Of a DNA stretch of 64,000 nucleotides, positions 53,672 to 64,000 are shown piece after piece; position 1 is the stretch's first letter, and every line of letters starts with the position of its first letter. The position numbers and the translations under genes are program-made. The DNA comes from an uncultured delta proteobacterium (GTDB lineage Bacteria > Desulfobacterota > Desulfobacteria > Desulfobacterales > JAFDCJ01). Location: positions 144,154-208,153 of the forward strand of contig CAVYNY010000008.1 in assembly GCA_963769935.1 (NCBI GenBank), in the 5' to 3' direction. A model generated the notes under the pieces. The model worked only from the letters and a program-made list of their open reading frames with translations. It was not told where the DNA came from and searched no databases.

Positions 53672-54350
53672 ATGGCTGCTGGCGGGTTCTGGATTGTCTT
53701 TGAAGGTGGCGACGGCGTGGGCAAGTCCACGCAGATCGACCTCCTGTCCGCGTGGCTTCGCACGGCCGACGCCGGCTTCCGCACGGTGGTGACCACGCGC
53801 GAGCCGGGCGGCACGGACCTGGGCGTGGAGTTGCGTCAGGCCATCATGCATGGCGACCACGTGGAGCCCCACGCCGAGGCGCTGCTGTACGCGGCGGATC
53901 GCGCCCACCACGTCGCCACCGTGGTGCGTCCCGCGCTGGAGCGCGGCGACGTGGTGGTGCAGGACCGCTACTTCGACTCGTCGGTGGTGTACCAGGGCGG
54001 CGCGCGGGGACTCGGCGAGATGGTGGAGAGCATCTCCCGGTGGGCGACGGAGGGCGCGCTGCCCGACCTCACGATCGTGCTGGATATGGAGCCGCGCGCC
54101 GACCGCATGGCGCGAGACCTCGACAGGGTGGAACGCGAGACGGTGGCTCACGCCGAGCAGATTCGTCAAGGCTTCCTGGACCGCGTGGCGCTCGAGCCCG
54201 AACGGTATGCCGTGGTGGACGCGTCCCAGCCCATCGCCGATGTCGCCGCACGAAGTCCGCGCGGCCGTCACCGCGGCGCTGCAACGCGTGGGCGGCGCTG
54301 CAGGCTTTGACCCGCAGTCGCCCGGCGTGGAGCCGTGGGGTACGCCGTGA
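53672..54350 (+). CDS. tmk: thymidylate kinase (3' frameshift)
   Basis: FEGGDGVGKSTQ, TREPGGT, LLYAADRA, DRYFDSS. Confidence 0.95.
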
Positions 54351-55528
54351 CGCGCGCCGGCGCAGGCAAGCCGTCGCCTTGCCCGGGGTGTGGGCAGAGG
54401 TGGTGGGCCAGGACGCCCAGATCGCGCCCTTGCGGGCCGCCGTGGATCGCCCGGTGGCGATGACGCACGCGTGGCTCATCACGGGCCCTCCGGGTTCGGG
54501 CCGCTCTCACGCGGCACGCGCCTTCGCCGCCGCGCTGCAGTGCGTCAACGGCGGTTGCGGCGAGTGCAAGGCGTGCAAGACGGCGCTGACCGCCGCCCAC
54601 GCCGACGTCACGCTCCTGGCCACGGAGAAGGTCACCATCGGCATCGAGGAGGTCAGGGACCTGTCGATGCTGGCGCAGCGGTCGCCGAGCGAGGGCCGGT
54701 GGCGCGTCATCATCATCGAGGACGCGGACCGCATGACGGAGCGCACCTCCAACGTGCTGCTCAAGGCGATCGAGGAGCCGCCGCCGCGCACCGTGTGGCT
54801 GCTGTGCGCTCCCCACGCGCACGACGTCTCGGTGACGATCCGGTCCCGCTGCCGCGTGGTCGCCTTGCGCACCCCGCCGGCCGACGTGGTGGCGAGGCTG
54901 CTGGTCGAGCGCGACGGAGTGGACCCCGACCTTGCCCGCGAGTCTGCACGCGCCGCCCAGAGCCACATCGGCATCGCCCGCAGGCTGGCGCGGGACCCCA
55001 AGGCGCGGGCGCGGCGCGATCAGGTGCTCGCGCTCGCGACCGAGGTGCGGGGCGTGGGGGACGCGGTGCTTGCCGCCGCGGACCTGGTGAAGGTGGCCGA
55101 GGACGATGCCGCCGCCGCGACCGAGGAGCGCGACGCCAACGAGAAGGCGGAATTGCTGGCGGTGCTCGGCGCTGAGACGGGCACCATTCCGCCCGCGCTG
55201 CGCGCGCAGGTGCAGGGAACTCGAGGAGGACCAGAAGCGCCGGGCCACGCGCCACAAGCGCGACGTGCTCGACCGGGCCATGACGGACCTCATGTCGCTG
55301 TACCGGGACGTGGCGGCCGTGCAGTTGGGCGCGGACACCGAACTCACCAACGTGGCGCACGAGGGTCGCATCAAGGAGCTGGCGGCACGCACCGATCTGA
55401 AGGGCACGATGGCGCGCATCGACGCGCTCGCGACGGCGCGGGATCGCCTTGCGGCGAACGTGCACCCGCTGCTCGCGATCGAGGCCATGATCCTGGCGTT
55501 GAGGCCGCGCACGCCGGACGTGGGTTAA
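54347..55528 (+). CDS. holB: DNA polymerase III delta-prime subunit (frameshifted; start approximate)
   Basis: HAWLITGPPGSGRS, Cys cluster, NVLLKAIEEPP, TIRSRC; follows tmk. Confidence 0.93.
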
Positions 55529-55575
55529 TCTCACTCCGAGGCACGACGCTCGGTCAGCGGTGAGAGGCAGGCGCG

Positions 55576-56487
55576 GTGGACAGTCACTCCGGTGGGACGT
55601 CAGAGACGCGCGCATCGCACGATCCCGTCATCGTGTGTGAAAGCGTCGTGAGAATTCACCAGCATGGCTCGATCGAAGTGCAGGCGCTCCAGGGTCTCGA
55701 CTTGCACGTCGACAAGGGTGAGATGGTGGCGGTGGTGGGACCCTCCGGCGCAGGGAAGTCGACCTTGCTGTCTGTTCTCGCGGGCGCCGATGCCCCGACT
55801 GCGGGCACCGTGCGGGTTGCCGGATGGGACCTCACGGGTCTGCGCCGCAAACAACGCGTCGAGTATCGGCGTAGCGTTGTCGGCCTCGTTCAGCAGCAGA
55901 CGTCGCGAAACCTTGTTTCCTATCTGAGCGCGCAGGACAACGTCGCCGTGCCGCTGGGGCTTGCTGGGTATCCGCGCCGCAAGCGCGCCGCACGCGTGAG
56001 CGAACTGTTGGACCGCGTCGGCGTGGGCTATTGCGCGCAAAGGCTCCCTGCAGAGATGTCGGGAGGCGAGCAACAACGAGTCGCCATCGCGGTGGCCCTC
56101 GCGAACGATCCTCCCCTCTTGCTCGCGGACGAGCCCACGGGTGAGCTGGACACGGCCACTTCCCACGAGATCTTTGACACATTGCGTGCTGCCAGCACAG
56201 ACGGCGGTGTGACCGTGGTGATCGTCACCCACGACCCCACGGTGAGCGACCAGGTGAGCAGGACCGTCTCGATCCGGGATGGGCGGACCAGTTCGGAGGT
56301 GCTGCGTCACACGGAACACTCCGAGGACGGACAGTCTCGTGTGGTGGCGCAGGAATTCGCGGTGATGGACAGAGCCGGCCGGGTCCAGGTGCCCCGCGAG
56401 TTCAGGGAGGCCCTCGAGCTGACCCGAAGGGTCCGGCTTGCGCTTGAGGCCGATCACGTCGAGTTGTGGTCGGACGGTTCACGATGA
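55576..56487 (+). CDS. ABC transporter ATP-binding protein (LolD/MacB-like) with C-terminal extension
   Basis: GPSGAGKST, MSGGEQQR, ADEPTG; tail MDRAGRVQVP is AbrB-like. Confidence 0.92.
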   Translation: MDSHSGGTSETRASHDPVIVCESVVRIHQHGSIEVQALQGLDLHVDKGEMVAVVGPSGAGKSTLLSVLAGADAPTAGTVRVAGWDLTGLRRKQRVEYRRSVVGLVQQQTSRNLVSYLSAQDNVAVPLGLAGYPRRKRAARVSELLDRVGVGYCAQRLPAEMSGGEQQRVAIAVALANDPPLLLADEPTGELDTATSHEIFDTLRAASTDGGVTVVIVTHDPTVSDQVSRTVSIRDGRTSSEVLRHTEHSEDGQSRVVAQEFAVMDRAGRVQVPREFREALELTRRVRLALEADHVELWSDGSR

Positions 56488-57191
56488 CCGCGCCGAGTGA
56501 ACGACGTCCGGGAGCCTCGCCCATGGTCGACGTGAGGTCGGTGGGTCGCACCTACGGCTCGGGTCACACCGAGGTGGTTGCGCTGCGTGATGTCTCCTTG
56601 AGCGTCGGCGCTGGGGAGCTGGTCGCTCTCATTGGCCGTTCTGGCTCTGGGAAAACCACGCTTCTCAACATCATCGGCGGTCTCGACAGGCCCAGTGCTG
56701 GCGAAGTCTTCGTCGATGGCACTGACGTGGCGACGCTCGGCGAGGCGGAGCTCGAGCGAGTACGACGCGACACAGTGTCCTTCATCTTTCAGGGCTTCGG
56801 CCTCGTCCCCGAACTCACGGCTGCCGAGAATGTGGGACTGCCGTTGCGTCTCAGGAGGATCCCGGTTGCCGACAGGGAGAAGCGGGCTGCGTTGCTTCTT
56901 GAACTCGTCGGTCTCGCCGGACACGGCGATCACCGTCCCGCCGAGATGTCGGGTGGGCAAATGCAGCGCGTTGCCATTGCGAGGGCGCTCGCAGGTTCGC
57001 CGCGCCTTCTCATCGCCGACGAGCCCACCGGCCAGCTTGACACCGAGACCGGACTCGCGGTCATGGCGTTGATCAGGGGCGTCGTTGAGGCCGAGGGCAT
57101 GACGGCCATCGTGTCGACCCACGATCCGGTGATGATCGCTCTCGCCGACCGCGCCGTGCGCATCGACGATGGCAGGCTCGCCGATGCCTAA
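56484..57191 (+). CDS. second ABC transporter ATP-binding protein
   Basis: GRSGSGKT, MSGGQMQR, ADEPTG. Confidence 0.92.
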   Translation: MTAPSERRPGASPMVDVRSVGRTYGSGHTEVVALRDVSLSVGAGELVALIGRSGSGKTTLLNIIGGLDRPSAGEVFVDGTDVATLGEAELERVRRDTVSFIFQGFGLVPELTAAENVGLPLRLRRIPVADREKRAALLLELVGLAGHGDHRPAEMSGGQMQRVAIARALAGSPRLLIADEPTGQLDTETGLAVMALIRGVVEAEGMTAIVSTHDPVMIALADRAVRIDDGRLADA

Positions 57192-60100
57192 AGGCTCACG
57201 GCCTGTTGGGCGTGGGGTGAGGCGTGGTCGCGGCCTGCGACGTGCCGCGTCGCAAACGGGCCTCATCGTGTCGCTGTGGGCGGTACTTGTCGCGTGCTCC
57301 ACCGCTGCCGGCATCAGCGTGTTGCTTGTCACCGCAGGCAATGACACGGCGCTGTCAGCGGCCGTGTCTGCAGCCGACGGCGATGTGGAGTCGGGCAGCG
57401 TCGACATTGCGACGGTAGTGGTCACCGCAGACACGCTCGAAGGGTCGACTCCCCCGGGTGCGAAAGAGGTCATGCCTCTCACGAGCGAGACGATCCTCAA
57501 CGCGGCGGCCCCGTACCAGGCAACGGTCTCGATGTGGGCATCGACGCCGATGCTGTACCTGCCCGGCGACAACGTCCAACGCGGCTACCTTCTCGATGCT
57601 GACACGGTGCAATCGCAGGCATCGCTCGTCGCGGGCGAGTGGCCCTCGGCGGACGTGGCCACCTCCGGCCCGATCGAGGTGGCGATTCCGTTGGAAGTCG
57701 CGACAAGGCTGGGCCTCGGTGTCGGAGCGGATGTGCGCTTGTCGGAGAGCCGTCAGCACGGCGCCGAGGTCCCGCAGGGATACGACGTGGTGGTCGTCGG
57801 TGTGTTTGATCCATCTCGATCGGCGACGTGGCACCGCGACCCACTCCGCGGAGCGGGTTTCGATCCGGACTACGCGTGGCTGCCCGCGTACGGGCCTTTC
57901 GTGGTGGCTCCGGGCACGCTCGTTGCTCTGGACGCCCCGGTGGCAAGAGTGTCGGCGGTGGTGGACCCCGATCTGGCGGGCGACGCCACCCACGTGCAGG
58001 CATTCGTCGGACGGATGTATGGCATCGCCTCCGATCTTGAAGGCGAGTTGGGGCCGCAGATCAATTCCGTGGTCGTTCGGTCAGAGCTGGGCGACGCTTT
58101 CGCGGGCATGCAATCCGAGTTGAGTCTCACGGATTCGCTTGTCATCAGCGTGTTCCTTCAAGTACTCGCGTTGGGCATGGCCACGGTCGCTCTCGTGGCC
58201 CGCGTGCTGGCGCGCCGTCGCGCTGTCGAGGTCGAGCATGCGCTCCCGCGGGGCCTCGACTGTCCAGCTGGCGCGTTCTTCGGCGGCGGAGACGTTCACT
58301 CTTGCGATCGCGGCGGTGGTCGTCGCGGCGCCGTTGTCGCTCCTCGCCTTTGCGTTCGTCGCGTCCTCGCAGAGGTGGTCGGAATCGTGGGCGAACGCTG
58401 CTGTCCCCTCACCCGGCATCGGCGCGTCGTTGTTGCTCGCCCTCGCTGCCGGCGCACTGTTGCCGTCGATCGTGATGATCGCGACCGCCTTGCCCGCGCG
58501 CGTGAGCCGCCGACGGGAGGCACTATCGGGACCCATTGCAAACGCGGGCGTTGACGTCATGCTCGCGGTGGTGGCAGTCGTGATGTACGCCCAGTTGCGG
58601 CTGCACGTGGTGTCGCCGGGAGCGATCGACCCGATTCTGGTCATCGCGCCCGCGACATGCGCCATCGCGATGTCGGCGCTGGTCGCGAGGCTGCTGCCGT
58701 TCCTCGCGCGCGCGGCCAACGCGGGAGCGCGGCGCGCGCGCGGGATCGTGTTTCCCGTCGCGGGTTGGCATGTGGCACGTGGCGGCGCCACGCACGGGGC
58801 GTTTCTTCTCGTGTTGGCGGCCGCAGTCGGAACCTTCGGCGTCACGTTCTTGGGGACGTGGTCCGTGTCGCAGGAGGACCAAGCGAACGCGATTGTCGGT
58901 GCCGACATGGTGATCGCCCAAACGGGATCGCCCGGTATGGCGGCCGAACTCAGCAGCGCCACCGGGGGCACGGTGACCCCGGTTGCCGACGAGGCCGTCG
59001 TGCTTGGCAGCCGAGCGGACGGTGTGATGTTGCTCGCGTTTGATACCGGGACAGCAGGACCGATGATCCGCGGCACGCTACCTGGTCTCACCACGTGGTC
59101 CAGTGAGATGGCGGGGCTTGCCCCGGAAACTGCTGGCGACCCGTTCGCGGTCGACGCGGGGACGTTCACGGTGACCGTGACCGGATCTGGGGACCTGGAT
59201 TTGGGTGACCATTCCCCGGGAGACCTCGCGGTGACACCCACCTTCGTCCTTCGGGATGAGTCTGGTGACGTCACGACCGCCATCGGAGACACCGTGCCGC
59301 TCGACGGTGCACCGCACGACATGGAGATCTCACGCTCAGGAGACCAGGCGCTCGATGATGGCGTGGTGTACGTCATCGCCGTTGATCTCCAGGTCAGCGA
59401 GCAGGCGCTGGGGGACCTGAAGCCGTGGGACGGCGCACGTCTTTCCGCGAGTGCGAGCATCGACTTCCGTGGGGCGGAATCGAGCGTCGGCGACTGGGAT
59501 GCTGTGTCGAACGCGACCGATCGCACGGTGAGGGCCGAAAGCGTTGCCGCGAAGGACACGACGGTCCAGGTGTCGTTCTCGTACGCCGTCGTGGAGTTGT
59601 CGTCGCAAGATGCTCACCTGACGCTTACGAGTTTCCCCACGTCGACTGAAGTCCCTGTGGTCATGTCCCGAGAGCTCGCGGATGACTTGGGCCTCGTGCC
59701 CGGAGACCGGATAGCGATGATGAAAGACCAGACGTCCGTGGATGCCGTCCTGGTGCGCACGGTCCCGTACGTTCCCTCCCACGTCCGCCAAGACGCGATG
59801 CTTGCCGACCTCAACTCTTTGTACCGCGCGTTGTTGAGCACCGGAGACACCACCCCCTTGACGAACGAGTGGTGGGTCACGTCTCCTCACGACACAGCGG
59901 CCGATGCTTTGAGGGCCCAGCACATCGGCCCGGTCACGACGTCTCACGAGACCGCAGCCGCTTTGCGCGACGGTCCCGTGCGCGTCTCCTTGAAGTTTGC
60001 ATGGGCTCTCGCGATCGGCGTCGCGGTGTTGATGGCGGCGATCGGTGCAGCAGCGCTTGCGGCGGGCGAAGCGCTGCAACGCACCCCGGCGGTCGCGAGA

Positions 60101-60415
60101 CTGCGAGCGATCGGAGTGCCCAGACGCGCGGCGCTCGCGAGCCACCTCCTGCAGCAGGCTGCGGTCACGCTCGCGGCAGTGGCGCTCGGCATGGGGGTGG
60201 GCGCCGTGCTTTCGCAACTCATCGCGCCGCTCCTCGTCGTCGCCCCCGGGGGCCTGCGTGCAGTGCCTCCTGCCGCCGTGGTGTGGTCGGCGGGCCCGGT
60301 GGGCCTCATCGTGTTCGCGATCGCGGCGAGCGGGTTGATCGCTGGGATCCCGGCGGCACTAGCCATGGTGCGGCGGTCGACGGTGTCCGCGCTGCGTGCA
60401 GGAGACGCAACGTGA
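57184..60415 (+). CDS. large FtsX-like ABC permease (frameshift near 58240)
   Basis: Two extracellular domains separated by TM blocks; RSRGAS, VGAD and LRAIG motifs. Confidence 0.82.
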
Positions 60416-63125
60416 CGGCGCGGCGTGGCATGCGAGGCGGCATGATTCCGTGGCGTGGGGTGTGGAGGCAGTCGCGGGTGGACGCCGCGCCCTTGGGCGT
60501 CGAGTTCGTGGTCATCGCGTTTGCTGCGTTCCTTGCCGCAATCGTTCCTCAGGAGATCACCACAGTGGAGACGTCCCAATTGCAGGCGGACGTCGCCGAA
60601 CCAGGCGCACACGTCGACATCGTGGTGTCCGTACCTTTGCGAGACGAGATCTATGAGTTGGCGCCCGCGACGGCCGACTCCGCAGAGTGGGTTGGGGGCC
60701 TCGTCGACGACGGTATGCCAGCGGACCTGCGCGCCGTGCTCGCACCGCCCGTGACCACTATCGCTGGCCATGAGCTGAAGGCAGGGCAGATAGCGAATCG
60801 TCCTGGAAGGGCCCGCTTCATCTATGTGGCATCCGAGAACGGTCCCGCCGTCGAGTGGCTCTCGGGAAGGGTGCCCACCTCGACGGGCGAACCGTTGGAC
60901 CTGCAGGACGCGGAGAACGGGGTATTGCCCATCGAGGTGGCCGTCTCTGAGGCCACGGCCGCAGTCTTGGGGATCCATGCGGGGGACACGATTGCCGTCG
61001 ACAGCGAGCTCGAGGTGCCGCTCGACGTGCGCGTGACTGGCGTGTATCGCGCGACCAATCCCGCCGATGCGGCGTGGCGCGCCGAGCCTCGGTTGCTCGA
61101 GCCCCAACTTGTCGACGGCTCCGCCGCAGTGGCTGTCGTCGGGCTCATGGTCTCGGAAAAGTCCCTGCCGTTTGCACGCCTCGCGGTCTTCCCCCGATCG
61201 ATGACCCGCACCTATACCTACACGATGGTCCCGTCGATGTTGAACGCGGGAAACGTGGCGGATGTCGCCACCCAAGCGCGCGCGCTCGCATCCGGCAAAC
61301 AAGTCTTTGGGAATCTGGGTTCTGACGTGCGAGTCACCACGGGACTCGATGCGGTGTTGGGCGACGTGCTGTCGCGCGTGGACGCCGCCGCTGCTCAAGC
61401 CTCGATCTTGCTGATCGCAGTCCTGTCGGTGTCGGTCGCGGTGTTGCTTCTCGCGTCGAGGCTCGTCGTCAACCGCCGCGCCGTCGTACTTGCTCTGTGG
61501 CGCTCCCGCGGAGCGACGCTGGCGGCGATAGGCGTTGTCGCGTTCGCCGAGTCGATCCCGATTGTCGCACTGGGTGGAACGGTCGGCGTCGTGGCTGCCA
61601 GGCTGGCGGCGCACGGAGAGACACCGTGGGCGTGGGTCGTGCCGCCACTTCTCCTTGCGGCTTTTGCGCCGCCCATTCTTGCCGTATCCGTGGCAGCGAG
61701 GCAGAGCGAGCACGCCCACTCACCATTGCGGAGGCGGAACAGAATCGCGACGGCCAAGGTGCGGCGGATCGCGGGCGAGGCACTTCTTGTCATCGCCGCG
61801 GTGGGTTCGCTCGCGGCGCTCCGGGTGAGGGGTGTTGGAGCATCGGCAGGATCGGTGTGGTCCGACATCGCGGTACTCGCGGCTCCAGTACTCGTGGCGG
61901 TCTCGGTCGTCGTCCTCTTGCTTCGTGTTCAGCCGCGAATGTTGCGCTTCGCGAGGTCGGCGTCTGCGGGCTTGCGCGGAGTCGTCTTGCTCCTGGCCGC
62001 TGCACGGGCAAAGGCGACCGGCATGGCGACGGCCGCACTCGTCTTGGCTGGGGCCGCTGGCACCCTTGCCGTCTCGCTTTCCATCACGGTGAATCAGGCC
62101 CAGGCGATGGCAGCGTGGGATGCGGTGGGCGCCGATGTGGCGGTCACGACCGACGCACAACATGGTCTCCCCGAACGCATTGGCGCGCTCGACGGCAACG
62201 CGGGCGTCACCGTTGCCGAAGCGTCGCTCGTCACCGGCGCCCAAGTGATCGGATCGGGGGTTGACGATCGTGTCGATCTCGTCATCGTCGACGTCGATGC
62301 GATGTCGCGACTGGCGGCGGCGGCGCCGGCGGCGGGGTGGTCGTCTGTCGATGCACTTGCGAATGGCCAGCGAAGCGACGGAACCGTGGCGGTCATGGTC
62401 GCAGGTGCGGCATCGGACTGGAGTGGCGCGACGCTGAGGTGGGGTGACGACTCCGTCGCCATGAACGTCGTGGGAAGTGTGCGCGTGCTTCCGCGCCAAC
62501 TCGTTTCGGATCAACCGAGGGTGATCGTTGATCGTGCAACGCTCGTCCAGGCAATCGGTCACGACATTCCCGCCAACGCCGCGTGGGCCGCGGGACCTGG
62601 AGCCGACACGCTTGTGAGCCAAGCGGTTGCCGATGCCCATGGCGGCTCGGACATGATCGTCGTGACGCGGGAAGGGTGGCTCGTTGAGCAACGACAGGCA
62701 CCTATCGCGCGGGCGCTGGCGTGGCTGTTGGTGGGAGCGGGCACCGCGTCGGTCCTCCTTTCGGTACTCGCCGTGATGCTGATGGCGGCGTCGGGATCGT
62801 CAGACCGCATCCGTTCGGTCGCCCGGATGAGGGTGGTGGGCGCCCCTCGTCGCGCCGCGCACCGCGTCGCGTGGCTCGAGGTCGCGATACCGGTCGTGGC
62901 ATCGAGCATGGTGGGTGTGTTGACGGGGTGGGGGCTTGCACGGCTCCTCGTTGCGCCGCTTGCCCTGGAGTCGCTGACGGAGGTAGGGGCGACCCTCCCG
63001 TCGTCACGCCGTGGTGGCCGCTTGCCGTGGCCCTCGCCTTGGGCGCCGTCGCGTGGGCAAGCGTGACCGTCGCAACCCTCAGTCACGGCCGCGAGAGGCT
63101 CGGAGCGTTGATGCGGGTCGGTTAG
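60412..63125 (+). CDS. second large FtsX-like ABC permease (3' frameshift)
   Basis: RSRGAT, VGAD, MRVVG motifs; GTGA overlap with previous gene. Confidence 0.82.
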
Positions 63126-63223
63126 TCGTTCGAGTCGACATCATGCCTCCGCGCCCGCGGAACTCGTCACACTCGCGCGGTGGCGTGCCCCCGACAGGCG
63201 TCGTGACCGCTTACCCTCGACCT

Positions 63224-64000
63224 ATGAAACGCATCGTCCTTGTTGTGGCAGCTGCGACCGCGCTTGCCGGTTGCTCGGTTCTCCCGTGGAACCAGACCTC
63301 AGAAGACTCGACGACCATCACCGACGACATCGGCCTTCCCACGGCCAGCGGTCCTCCGGAGAACCCCGAGGCGTCGCCGGTGTATCAGCAGTCGGTCACG
63401 TGGCGTAAGTGCGGCGACCTCGAGTGCGCGAGCATCGACGTGCCGGTCGATTGGTCGGAGCCCGACGGCGGCACGATCGCCCTGGCGCTCGCGCGGCGCC
63501 CAGCGGACGATCAGGGCGCGCGCGTCGGCTCTCTCCTGGTGAACCCCGGGGGGCCGGGAGGCTCGGGAATCGACTTGGTGAAGAACGTCGAGGGCTTCGC
63601 GAGCACCAAGCTGCATGGCCAACTACGACATCGTGGGCTTCGACCCGCGCGGCGTGGGGGAGTCGTCGCCCATTGATTGCGGCGACGGCAAGACGCTCGA
63701 CGCGTACTACGTGCGCGACTTTGTGGTCGAGACTCAAGCCGACCTGGACGCGGCCCGCGTGCGCAACCAGGACTTCGCGGAGAACTGCCGCGCGCTGTCC
63801 GGCCGCCTGATCGAGAACGTCGACACCGTGAGCGCCGCGCGCGACATGGACGTGATCCGGGCGGTGCTGGGCGACACGACGATGCATTACTTGGGCTTCT
63901 CCTATGGCACCCAACTGGGCGCGACGTATGCGGAGCTCTACCCGCAAAACGTGGGTCGCATGGTGTTGGACGGCGCGGTGGACGTGCTGCTCGACCCGAT
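63224..64000 (+). CDS. lipoprotein alpha/beta hydrolase (TAP/Hip1-like peptidase), partial, frameshifted
   Basis: LAGC lipobox, VNPGGPGGSG, FDPRGVG, ARDMD, GFSYG. Confidence 0.9.

Noticed and set aside
45011..64000. Horizontally acquired actinobacterial island
   Set aside because: Adapter remnant at the junction, nrdD cut mid-gene, core housekeeping genes, no integrase or att site.
45060..64000. Many long overlapping Arg/Pro-rich ORFs
   Set aside because: Expected off-frame and antisense ORFs in very GC-rich DNA; the real genes are accounted for.
7960..64000. Mass pseudogenisation or programmed frameshifting
   Set aside because: Indels also hit essential genes (topA, tmk, holB) and occur in both halves; with the adapter present, uncorrected long-read error is the simpler explanation. 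Phase variation at single homopolymers cannot be judged here.
1..64000. tRNA, rRNA, prophage or known defence systems
   Set aside because: None recognised by eye; a tRNAscan, Rfam or DefenseFinder run would be needed to exclude them.

Overview
The window joins two unrelated pieces of DNA. (1) Bases 1 to about 45010 are moderately AT-rich, Desulfobacterales-like by inference, and hold a large minus-strand surface-polysaccharide locus: wzz, wecB, wzx, wzy/ligase-like genes, MurJ, PglC/PglF, a WecA fusion, glycosyltransferases, methyltransferases, two DegT-family proteins, a split transketolase and an AsnB-like amidotransferase. The locus is interrupted by a nested IS pile (IS5 MITE, transposase relic, IS21-type element with two extra genes and iteron-like repeats, IS5), by a PIN/UPF0175 toxin-antitoxin pair bracketed by a 613-bp direct repeat, and by several families of intergenic palindromes. 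At its upstream end a GxxExxY nuclease-fold gene and a DUF433 gene sit like cassettes in a tandem array of 215-248 bp structured repeats, and copies of that repeat occur elsewhere in the locus. This is the best candidate for an undescribed system. (2) Bases from about 45060 to 64000 are very GC-rich actinobacterial chromosome (nrdD end, nrdG, inositol monophosphatase, topA, ECF sigma and partner, a DUF559 gene flanked by two 68-bp hairpins, oxidoreductase, tmk, holB, ABC operon, lipoprotein hydrolase). The junction carries a remnant of the Oxford Nanopore ligation adapter (45011-45032), so the join is a chimeric-read artefact, not HGT. Single-base frameshifts throughout are most likely long-read errors. 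All family calls come from motif recognition by eye; no database search was run.
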